Of a stretch of 64,000 bases of DNA, positions 1 to 12,304 are shown one piece after another. Position numbers and translations under genes: made by a program. Origin of the DNA: Acutalibacteraceae bacterium (GTDB lineage Bacteria; Bacillota; Clostridia; Oscillospirales; Acutalibacteraceae); NCBI GenBank assembly GCA_045546235.1, contig JAZQCL010000007.1, positions 3,617 through 67,616 on the forward strand, given 5' to 3'. Under the pieces are notes generated by a model. The model was not told the origin of the DNA, searched no databases, and saw only the letters and a list, made by a program, of their open reading frames with translations. The stretch's first letter is position 1. Each line of letters opens with the position of its first letter.

Positions 1-659
1 TTGGAATATCCAAAACCGTCAAACTCATCATAGTCATCAGATAAACACAGTGTGCATTCAAAACCATCATCGGTTTCTATAAATCCATAATCGGGAAGCC
101 AATCATACTTTTTTTGGCACCATGTTTGAATTAAATCAACATAGTTTTCATCCGAATCAAAACCGTTCTCAAGATAAAAAGAAATGTTAATCATGTTATC
201 AATAATATCTTCAAGAATCTCAGCGTCCCATTCACAATCAATTGCTACTGCACCGACAATTGCTTCAAATAAATCTTCCTTAACCGATTCTTGATTTTGG
301 ATTTTTTGCGATTTGTCGCTTTTCCCCATTAATATATACTCAGCAAACCCTAATTGGTCAATACGGCTTGCAAGCATAGATTTGCAAATGAGTTTTTTCT
401 TGATCTCGGTAAGCCTGCCTTCGGTTTTGGCTGAAGAGTATTTTCCGTTCTGTGTTAACTCACCGTAATGCTCAGACAGTTTTTTCATAACTATGAACTC
501 TAATGCTTTATCACCGTAGAATTCTAAAACCTCGTTGTGGTAACTGCCGTCGTGTTCTTCTGAATATGATTTGCGGGTAAATGCCTGACGAAGCAATTTC
601 GGTTCATTAAATTCATATTCGAGCTGATATTGGATTTCTGCTAAATTTTCGTTTTTCAA
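1..659 (-). CDS. Ribonuclease III family protein, divergent accessory paralogue (C-terminus lies beyond the window start)
   Basis: It is absent from the ORF track because it is open to the window edge. Reverse-strand translation from TTG at 659 (GGAGG about 8 nt upstream) reads LKNENLAEIQYQLEYEFNEPKLLRQAFTRKSY..NEVLEFYGDKALEF..EGRLTEIKKKLICKSMLA..EDLFEAIVGAVAID. This matches the RNase III layout: an ERLEFLGD-like signature, then the second D/E catalytic motif, then the start of a dsRBD-like segment (NYVDLIQTWCQKK..LPDYGF). Confidence 0.7.
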   Translation of the reverse strand, partial: MKNENLAEIQYQLEYEFNEPKLLRQAFTRKSYSEEHDGSYHNEVLEFYGDKALEFIVMKKLSEHYGELTQNGKYSSAKTEGRLTEIKKKLICKSMLASRIDQLGFAEYILMGKSDKSQKIQNQESVKEDLFEAIVGAVAIDCEWDAEILEDIIDNMINISFYLENGFDSDENYVDLIQTWCQKKYDWLPDYGFIETDDGFECTLCLSDDYDEFDGFGYS

Positions 660-1058
660 AAAAACAACCTCCCTGTAATTTTACTACAAGAAGTTATAAT
701 TATAGCCCGACAAAGCCCACCATATTAGTGCGCTTCCTTCGGGCACCAGAAATTAAAATGCGTTACATAAATCATTTTTATTTGAAGTAAGTCACTTGCA
801 TAACTTAATTCAAACAAACTCACTTTATGTACGGCTTTTTAAAGTCTCGTACCGCCTTCTTGTAAAGATATTTTAACATAAGAAGCGGTAGAAGTCAATG
901 TGGTTTAACTATCCGTTTTGGATATAAAATTTTCGTTCACGAAATTCGATGTCAAATCGGTATATTAGTTTTTGTGTATAACGCACAATAAAAATGAAGT
1001 ATGGTGTTTATTTAACATCTACCTGGCCATAGCCGCCTACACACCATAAGTGCTTTAA

Positions 1059-1508
1059 ACCCGCACAAATAAAGGAAATTTTTGGAATACAAAAATTTAT
1101 GGTGTTCTCTTGACATTTTCCCCCGCTGCTGCGGATACCATACTGAATTTTTTTAGGGATACGGGGACGAATCCGCAGGACTATGATTATATTTTTACGG
1201 GGGATTTAGGGCAGGTTGGTTCTACGCTTTTGCTGCAGTTATTGCAGCGGCAGGGTGTGGAGCTTCAAAACCACAGGGATTGCGGAAAGCTGATATTTGA
1301 TAAGGAACGGCAGGACGTACACTCGGGAGGCTCGGGCTGTGGCTGTGTTGGGTCGCTTTTTTGCAGCTATATTTTATCAAATCTGCAAAGTGGAAACTGG
1401 AACCGAGTGTTGGTTGTGGGAACAGGAGCACTACTTTCTACAATTTCTACAGGGCAGGGAGAAAGTATTCCCTGTATAGCACATCTTGTAGAGTTGGAAA
1501 GTTTTTAA
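1059..1508 (+). pseudogene. spoVAD: 5'-truncated remnant of stage V sporulation protein AD (last ~130 codons only)
   Basis: The translation SPAAADTILNFF..YIFTGDLGQVG..DCGKLIF..GGSGCGCVGS..RVLVVGTGALLS..GESIPCIAHLVELE matches the C-terminal part of SpoVAD, which is about 340 aa in full. The frame opens only at 1059 after a stop. There is no SD before the TTG at 1110. There is no spoVAC upstream and no spoVAE downstream. Confidence 0.75.
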
Positions 1509-1532
1509 TTTTGCAAAATTAGAAAATCTTTA

Positions 1533-1561
1533 TTGACAATTAATAGGCTTGGTTATATAAT
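1533..1561 (+). promoter_or_regulatory. Sigma-A type promoter for the glycosidase gene
   Basis: TTGACA (1533-1538), a 17-nt spacer, then TATAAT (1556-1561), about 38 nt upstream of the start codon. Confidence 0.6.
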
Positions 1562-1598
1562 ACTCAAGGTGTAAATAAAATCCGGGGAGGAAGTCACC

Positions 1599-3152
1599 TT
1601 GAAATTAACCGTAAAAATGCTGGAAAACGAGCTTTGGTGGGGCGGCACAAACGTTGACGGCTGCCAGATGCCTTTTGATAAAACCACCGAGCTTGCTCAC
1701 GATTTTCGAAGAAGTGCTCCAAACGAAACAATGCCTTTATACATTTCGAATATGGGCAGGATTATATGGAGTGAAGATGCCTTTTCCGTTGAGTTTAAAT
1801 GCGGCAAAATAACCTTAGATGGAAACGAAGAAATTTCTCTTATTGAAGGTGGAAAAACCCTTAAAGACGCCTTCCTTTATGCACGAAAAAATTTCTTCCC
1901 TACCGACGGCAGAATTCTTAACCGCGATTTCTTTAAAACTGTGCAATACAACACTTGGATTGAATGCCTTTACGACCCAACTCAGGAGCACGTACTTCGC
2001 TACGCCCACGCAATTGTTGACAATGGTTTCGAGCCGGGCATTCTTATGATAGACGAGGGTTGGCACGGTCGATACGGTAACTGGAGCTTTGACCCCCAAA
2101 AATTCCCCGACCCCAAGGCTATGGTAGACGAGCTGCACGAAATGGGCTTTAAGGTTATGCTTTGGGTTGTACCAATTGTTTGCCCCGACGGTAAATTCTT
2201 TATTGACCACCATAACGAATCCAACAACATTCATAAAGAGGAAGAACGACTGTTTATCAGGCTGAAAAAAGATCCTTACTTCCCTGCCCTTTTCCATTGG
2301 TGGAACGGCTTTTCTGCCTTGCTGAATCTTGCCAATCCGGCTGACTACGAATTTTTAGATACTCAGCTTCAAAAGCTTATAAACGACTATGGAATCGACG
2401 GCTTCAAATTCGATGGTGGCAGCGTTGGAATGTATAATTGCAACATTAACGGCGAGCTTTCCACAATTCTTACCACACGTCAGCTTAACATCGCCTGGAA
2501 TAAATTCGCCGCAAAATACGATTACCACGAATATAAAGACACCTTCAAGGGCGCCTCACTTAACACTATTCAGCGCCTTTGTGACCGTGGTCACCGTTGG
2601 GAAGGTAACGGTATCGACAGCCTTATTCCTATGTCGATTGCCCAAGGCCTTATAGGTCACCCCTTTATCTGCCCCGATATGGTTGGCGGCGGCGAATGGA
2701 CCAATTTTAAACCCGGCGAGCCTATCGACGGAGAGCTGTTCGTTCGTTGGGCGCAATGCTCTGCTATGTTCCCTATGATGCAGTATTCCAAAGCACCTTG
2801 GGATTGCTTAAGCCCCGAGCATTGCAACCTTGTGATTGAGGCAGGTAAGCTGCACTCCTCTATGACCGACGAAATAATCGAAATGGTAACCCGTGCCGAG
2901 CAAAGCGGCGAGCCGATTTTAAGAAACTTAGAATATAACTACCCCCACTGCGGCTTTGCCTATATAAAAGACGAGTTTATGCTGGAAGATAAAATACTTG
3001 TGGCTCCTGTTATTACCAAAGACACCTACAGCAGAACAGTTATTCTCCCCGAAGGCAAATGGCTTGGCGACGACGGCAAAGAATACAGCGGCGGCAGCTA
3101 TGAAATCGACTGCCCCTTAGAAAGACTTATTTGGTTTAGAAAAATAAGTTAA
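1599..3152 (+). CDS. Clan GH-D alpha-glycosidase (GH31-like family protein)
   Basis: TTG start preceded by GGGGAGGAAG. Motifs include IDEGWHGRYGNWSFDPQKFPDPKAMVDELHEMGFKVMLWVVP and GIDGFKFDGG, which resembles the nucleophile motif of GH31/GH36/GH27-type enzymes. No signal peptide. Confidence 0.6.
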   Translation: MKLTVKMLENELWWGGTNVDGCQMPFDKTTELAHDFRRSAPNETMPLYISNMGRIIWSEDAFSVEFKCGKITLDGNEEISLIEGGKTLKDAFLYARKNFFPTDGRILNRDFFKTVQYNTWIECLYDPTQEHVLRYAHAIVDNGFEPGILMIDEGWHGRYGNWSFDPQKFPDPKAMVDELHEMGFKVMLWVVPIVCPDGKFFIDHHNESNNIHKEEERLFIRLKKDPYFPALFHWWNGFSALLNLANPADYEFLDTQLQKLINDYGIDGFKFDGGSVGMYNCNINGELSTILTTRQLNIAWNKFAAKYDYHEYKDTFKGASLNTIQRLCDRGHRWEGNGIDSLIPMSIAQGLIGHPFICPDMVGGGEWTNFKPGEPIDGELFVRWAQCSAMFPMMQYSKAPWDCLSPEHCNLVIEAGKLHSSMTDEIIEMVTRAEQSGEPILRNLEYNYPHCGFAYIKDEFMLEDKILVAPVITKDTYSRTVILPEGKWLGDDGKEYSGGSYEIDCPLERLIWFRKIS

Positions 3153-3198
3153 TTTCCAAAGTTGGTTAATATTTTTAATTCGAAAGCCTTCTTTTTTC

Positions 3199-3227
3199 TT
3201 GACTTAGTGTTGATTTTGTAATAAAAT
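3199..3227 (+). promoter_or_regulatory. Candidate promoter of the Lrp-alr-GH2 operon
   Basis: TTGACT (3199-3204), a 17-nt spacer, then TAAAAT (3222-3227). Confidence 0.5.
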
Positions 3228-3262
3228 TAAGTTAAAGACTTGAAGAAAGCAGGTTCGTTTTT

Positions 3263-3721
3263 ATGGACAACATTGATTATAAGCTTATATCGCTTTTGCA
3301 GAAAAACGGCAGAGCTCCCCTAAAGCAATTGGCCGAGGAGGTATACCTTTCCTCCCCTGCAACCGCTGCCCGCATTGAGCGACTTGAAAAGGAAGGAATA
3401 ATTACCGGCTACACCGCCTGTATCGACCACAAAAAGTTAGGCTATCCTATTATAGCCTTTGTTAATTTAGAGCTTCAGCCCGCCCAAAAGCCCACCTTTT
3501 ACCCCTTTATATGCAACCACCCCAACGTACTTGAATGTAACTGCGTAACGGGGCACTATTCTATGATGATTAAGGTTGCCTTTGAAAGCACCGAAATGCT
3601 GGATAGCTTTATTGGTCAGATGGGTCAGTTTGGTGTAACCGAAACTCAGATTGTATTTTCCACAGCGGTGGAACGCAGGAATATAGACATAAGCAAATTC
3701 TGCGGCGAGGATGAGGATTAA
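3263..3721 (+). CDS. Lrp/AsnC family transcriptional regulator
   Basis: N-terminal HTH (DYKLISLLQKNGRAPLKQLAEEVYLSSPATAARIERLEKEGII) plus a C-terminal RAM/AsnC_trans_reg-like domain. The 152 aa length is typical. Confidence 0.85.
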   Translation: MDNIDYKLISLLQKNGRAPLKQLAEEVYLSSPATAARIERLEKEGIITGYTACIDHKKLGYPIIAFVNLELQPAQKPTFYPFICNHPNVLECNCVTGHYSMMIKVAFESTEMLDSFIGQMGQFGVTETQIVFSTAVERRNIDISKFCGEDED

Positions 3722-3722
3722 G

Positions 3723-7938
<4,216 letters not shown>

Positions 7939-7948
7939 TTAAACCCTT

Positions 7949-7989
7949 ACAATCCCTGCCTGTTTTTAGGTGGGGATTGTGCTTTTTTT
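7949..7989 (+). terminator. Rho-independent terminator after the GH2 gene
   Basis: ACAATCCC...GGGATTGT stem followed by GCTTTTTTT. Confidence 0.7.
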
Positions 7990-8099
7990 ACAAATAATTT
8001 ACAGCAAAATTGTGCAATAATACAAACTTTTTAGGCTACCGTCACAAAAGCCACTTTTAAAACGTTATTATAGTAAAAAAGAACTTAAGAACTTGTGTA

Positions 8100-8131
8100 T
8101 TTTGCACAAATTTCGTCTGCAATGTGCAAAA
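8100..8131. promoter_or_regulatory. 9-bp perfect inverted repeat (candidate regulator site) just upstream of the -35 box
   Basis: TTTTGCACA (8100-8108) and TGTGCAAAA (8123-8131) are separated by 14 nt. The repeat overlaps a second palindrome, TTGTG-N7-CACAA (8093-8109). A third TTGTGCAA copy lies about 90 nt further upstream (around 8010-8020). Confidence 0.4.
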
Positions 8132-8134
8132 CTA

Positions 8135-8163
8135 TTTACATTTATTTCCAAATATGTTATACT
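8135..8163 (+). promoter_or_regulatory. Candidate promoter of the S8 protease gene
   Basis: TTTACA (8135-8140), a 17-nt spacer, then TATACT (8158-8163). Confidence 0.5.
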
Positions 8164-8216
8164 TTACTTGTCAAGTTAGAAAAACTTGAACATTATAAAA
8201 AATTGGAGGTATTCGT

Positions 8217-10604
8217 ATGAAGAAAACATTGTCCTATTTGTTGTCAACTACATTAGTTTTACTATGTATCCCGCAAGGCACATTTGTTTTGCCTGTTTCT
8301 GCAACAAGCAAAGCAGACAGTTACGTCGTTGTTGCCAATAGCAACAACGCAATGCAAAGTATTTTGAATGCCTCTATAGGCGAATGCTCTAATGAAAATA
8401 ATCAGCTACTTACTCAAAATAACACATTGATTCTTGATTTAAATGAAGACGAAACAGAAACAATTGAAGATTGCTACGAAGCACTATACGTAGAAGAAAA
8501 TATAATGTTTTCCGCAGCCAGTACTGTTGACTTCGACGAAATATTTAATGAAGCAGGTCTATCAGACACATCTGATTCCACGCTTCCCGAAACATATCCT
8601 GATAACATAGCAATGGTTAATGGTGAAAATATATCTTTTGGCGAAAACACCGTAAAAGTTGGCATAATCGATTCAGGTATTCAAAACCATTCCGAATTAA
8701 ACGTTGCGGGAAGAGTTTGCTTGGTTCCTAATATGGTAGAAGATAATGTTGGTGTTCATTACGATATTTCAGGTCACGGCACAGGCATATCCGGTGTTAT
8801 AGCCGCTCAACAAAACGATGAAGGAATTATAGGCATCTCCCCAAATATAGAATTATATTCTATTCAGGTTATGAATTCCACAAACTCAGCCCCCCTCAGC
8901 CGTATTGTTGCAGGTATAGAATGGGCTATTGAAAATGATATAGACATTCTTAATCTCAGCATCGCATCTAGCACAGATTCTCAAATTCTGCATAATGCTA
9001 TTATTGAGGCATACAATTCGGGCATACTTATAGTATGTGCTGCCGGAAATTCGGGAAATGAAACCCAATACCCAGCAAGATACAACGAGGTTTTAGCCGT
9101 AGGCTCTGTAGACGGTTCGGGAAATATAAGCGATTTTTCTCCAAAAGATTCCTATGTAGATATATTAGCCCCGGGCGAAGGCGTAATAACTACCGGCCTT
9201 TTCAGCGGCTATATGGCTATTAGTGGAACAAGCATAGCTGCACCACACGTAACTGCCGCTGCCGCAGTTCTTTGGAGCAACGACAAAACAAAAAGCAATG
9301 ACTATATTATGCAATTACTTAAAGCCTCTGCCAACACTGCCGTTAGCACTGAATCTTGCTCCGTCGGATTGTTAGATATAGCAAACGCAATGGATTCATT
9401 TGATAGTTTCCAATATTCACCAAACGCGGATATTGGAAAGATACTACCTACTGACGAAAGTGATGTGGAATATTACAACGACGATGGCATTGCTGTTGGA
9501 TGTTGGGAAAAAACTGACCATCATTCGTTAACACATCAGTATGCAACCGAGCATGATAATTATCATCCTGTTACTGTAGACACTTCCGGCATCGAATTGA
9601 TGGCTAAAAGTGCTTATATGGCGGATGAATTATACGGGTCATATTATTACTTGACTCATACCGATAGAGAGGAAAAGGAAAACAAAGTATATAACAAGAA
9701 ATTTTATCCACTACATGCTATGGGTGAAACAAGCGGTGCTTCCAGCAATACTTTGACAACCTACAACAGCAACTTTTTAGCTGACACAAAATATTTATTC
9801 AGGATAGCCAGTTTCTATTTTGCATGTTATACGCGCGAAGAAGCAGAGGCTGAATTCGAAAACGCAGAAATACCTATTGCAGATGCTAATCACGAAATAT
9901 TAGAGCAAATTGTTTTTAGTTCGTCAACAATATATACCAATCCCGCTATCGACTATAACGACAATAGAACCGAAGTCAAAACTGCAATTAAAGGAATTAG
10001 CTATATGAACATACTTGATGGCACTTCAGAAACGCACACAACAGATATCGCTTGCAAAATTTTAGGCTTAGCAATACATTTGGCAGGAGATGCTTATGCC
10101 CACCGCACTCGAGTTCCTGTTTCCTCGGTAGAAGGTAGCAATTGTTTTTCAGGAACCTCAATGGCTGGTTTCCTAAGCCACACCGAAGCATACAACTCAA
10201 CAAAAATGTATGCTATGCTAAAAGAGAGAAATCAAACCAACTGTAAATGCTTTAGTTGTTTTAAAAAAGCTGTGGCTGCTGCCCACGTAGAATTCAGGGA
10301 TATAAAACTTTTTGTAAGAGATGATGATAATAATTACCCAGATGATTTTTACTATAAAGATGACAACGAAGATTTTTATCCTAAAAGATTTTCGGTAGCA
10401 ACGGAACACGCAACTGAAACCTTAATTCTTCGCTTTATGGAAGAGGAAGATTTTACGCTACATGTGTTTTTGCCCCCCAGCAACTACACCCTACGCCTTA
10501 ATTGCTTAAAGCAGTTTGTATTAGACACCGGAATGAATTGGGGTAATTTAAGCACTAACACGCAAACTCTTGTTGAAAATCTTTCAACCGGATCTTTAAT
10601 ATAA
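8217..10604 (+). CDS. Secreted subtilisin-like (S8) serine protease with a large C-terminal extension (zinc phospholipase-C-like helical domain suspected)
   Basis: Signal peptide MKKTLSYLLSTTLVLLCIPQGTFVLPVSA, then an I9-like propeptide. The catalytic triad motifs are GIIDSGI (Asp), HGTGISGVIAA (His) and SGTSIAAPHVTAAAA (Ser). About 365 aa after the protease domain carry W-x4-DHH-x3-H, GLAIHLAGDAYAH and GFLSHTE motifs. Confidence 0.85.
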   Translation: MKKTLSYLLSTTLVLLCIPQGTFVLPVSATSKADSYVVVANSNNAMQSILNASIGECSNENNQLLTQNNTLILDLNEDETETIEDCYEALYVEENIMFSAASTVDFDEIFNEAGLSDTSDSTLPETYPDNIAMVNGENISFGENTVKVGIIDSGIQNHSELNVAGRVCLVPNMVEDNVGVHYDISGHGTGISGVIAAQQNDEGIIGISPNIELYSIQVMNSTNSAPLSRIVAGIEWAIENDIDILNLSIASSTDSQILHNAIIEAYNSGILIVCAAGNSGNETQYPARYNEVLAVGSVDGSGNISDFSPKDSYVDILAPGEGVITTGLFSGYMAISGTSIAAPHVTAAAAVLWSNDKTKSNDYIMQLLKASANTAVSTESCSVGLLDIANAMDSFDSFQYSPNADIGKILPTDESDVEYYNDDGIAVGCWEKTDHHSLTHQYATEHDNYHPVTVDTSGIELMAKSAYMADELYGSYYYLTHTDREEKENKVYNKKFYPLHAMGETSGASSNTLTTYNSNFLADTKYLFRIASFYFACYTREEAEAEFENAEIPIADANHEILEQIVFSSSTIYTNPAIDYNDNRTEVKTAIKGISYMNILDGTSETHTTDIACKILGLAIHLAGDAYAHRTRVPVSSVEGSNCFSGTSMAGFLSHTEAYNSTKMYAMLKERNQTNCKCFSCFKKAVAAAHVEFRDIKLFVRDDDNNYPDDFYYKDDNEDFYPKRFSVATEHATETLILRFMEEEDFTLHVFLPPSNYTLRLNCLKQFVLDTGMNWGNLSTNTQTLVENLSTGSLI

Positions 10605-10618
10605 GAGAGGGGATATAT

Positions 10619-12094
10619 ATGAAAAAATTATTATGCTATGTTATGACATTTATATTGTTACTGTCTGCAATACCAATATATGCGAATGCCGATTCTGAAA
10701 GCTTAGCGGCGCCAACCAACATACAAGTATTTTGTTTTAATTATAACCACGATGAGGAGTCTTTTAATACGAATCAGGATTTTCCGTACTTTGATGTTGC
10801 ATTAAAATGGTCGAAGGTGCCCGGGGCTGACGGTTACCAAATCAAAGCAGGAAAAAATGACTTTGTAAACGAAGGCCTTACACGCACCACTAATTCTAAC
10901 GAAATTAAAAAACATTGGATCCTCATGCGCTGGCACGATGTTGCATCTCTGCGCATTCGTGCATTCAAACTTATTGATGGTAAAAAGGTTTATGGAAAAT
11001 ACGCAAATATTGAATTGCAAGAGCCTGTTAATGCTAAAACTCAGAAGGTGTATAAAGAAGGCTGCCTAAGATACGTAATAAGGTTTAACAAGGCGTATAT
11101 TATAAACATTGTTAACTGCGGAAAGACCTTGGAAATCCCCGAAAAACTGCAAGGAAAAACCGTAGAGGGCATTGAAATGTGCAAACATACTGCTGATTTC
11201 TACGATGAAAAATCCAGCCAAAATATTGAACATATCATAATTCCCAAAACGCTAAAATACGTTGGTGTATGTTTTTTCTGCAGCGACGATGATTACTCGG
11301 ATGTTTCATACGGTTGCGAAGCGTGTTCAAAATCTTATGCAGAAAAAAGACACGCAAAGTATTACTACGACTTAAATCGCCCGAATTTAAAGAAATATAC
11401 CGTAAAAAGCGGAAACAAATATTTCTGCTCGGTAAATGGTGTTTTAATGAGCAAAAACAAGAAGCAAGTTATAAGCTACCCTTCGGGAAAAACCGATAAA
11501 ACCTATACCCTGCCGCTAACCACCACCGAGGTTTTAGACGGTGCCTTTTCGGACAACAAATATTTAAAAAAGCTTATTATCCCCGCTGCTGTTAAACATG
11601 TATATTACGGGCAGTCCATTAATAAAAATGCTTCTGTATATTTTTTGAATCCCGACACAAGGCTGTACGGACACAATTTAAATCACGATAACAAAACAAA
11701 AAACGGATTCCCGTTTTTCTATGGCACCGTAAATAAAATATACGGCACCACCGATTCCAATGCCTATAAAACCTATAAAAAATCAGATGATGATGTTACG
11801 GTTAAAAAGCTTACTGCACCCAAGAAATCCACCAGCCTTAAGGCCACAAAGAAAAAGGCAGAGAAAAAATATACCATAACCCTTAAATGGAAAAAGGTAA
11901 AGGGTGCCGACGGCTACAAAATAAGGGTAAAGGATTCTAAGGGCAAATTCAAAACCTTGGGATACACTTCAAAATTAAGCTTTAAAGCCACCCAAGCAAA
12001 GAATAAAAACTATAAGTATTATGTTAAAGCCTACAAAAAGTACGACAAGGGTAGGCTTTATGGTAAAAATAAAACCGTTAAGGTTAAAACCTAA
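10619..12094 (+). CDS. Secreted BspA-type leucine-rich-repeat protein flanked by Fn3-like modules
   Basis: Signal peptide MKKLLCYVMTFILLLSAIPIYANA. The central region has LRR_5-like repeats (IIIPKTLKYVG, LKKLIIPAAVKHV, VLDGAFSDNKYLKKL). N- and C-terminal modules share W-K-V-GADGY-I (WSKVPGADGYQIK / WKKVKGADGYKIR). The tail is lysine-rich. Confidence 0.65.
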   Translation: MKKLLCYVMTFILLLSAIPIYANADSESLAAPTNIQVFCFNYNHDEESFNTNQDFPYFDVALKWSKVPGADGYQIKAGKNDFVNEGLTRTTNSNEIKKHWILMRWHDVASLRIRAFKLIDGKKVYGKYANIELQEPVNAKTQKVYKEGCLRYVIRFNKAYIINIVNCGKTLEIPEKLQGKTVEGIEMCKHTADFYDEKSSQNIEHIIIPKTLKYVGVCFFCSDDDYSDVSYGCEACSKSYAEKRHAKYYYDLNRPNLKKYTVKSGNKYFCSVNGVLMSKNKKQVISYPSGKTDKTYTLPLTTTEVLDGAFSDNKYLKKLIIPAAVKHVYYGQSINKNASVYFLNPDTRLYGHNLNHDNKTKNGFPFFYGTVNKIYGTTDSNAYKTYKKSDDDVTVKKLTAPKKSTSLKATKKKAEKKYTITLKWKKVKGADGYKIRVKDSKGKFKTLGYTSKLSFKATQAKNKNYKYYVKAYKKYDKGRLYGKNKTVKVKT

Positions 12095-12170
12095 CTGCTC
12101 TATCATACCCCTGTCAAATCGCAAGGATATTTTTTAATAAACAATAAAGATTTAACCCTACGTTTTACCC

Positions 12171-12210
12171 ACAAGCCCCTTCGGGATAGCCGAAAGGGCT
12201 TGTGTTTTTT
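12171..12210 (+). terminator. Rho-independent terminator
   Basis: ACAAGCCCCTTCGG...CCGAAAGGGCTTGT stem followed by GTTTTTT. Confidence 0.75.
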
Positions 12211-12304
12211 ATAATTCACAAATTGTTCATAATTGCATTTTAAGTTCACAATAAACGGAATATAAAATTAAAAATACTAAAATATGTAAGGAGCTTTGAA
12301 CTTA

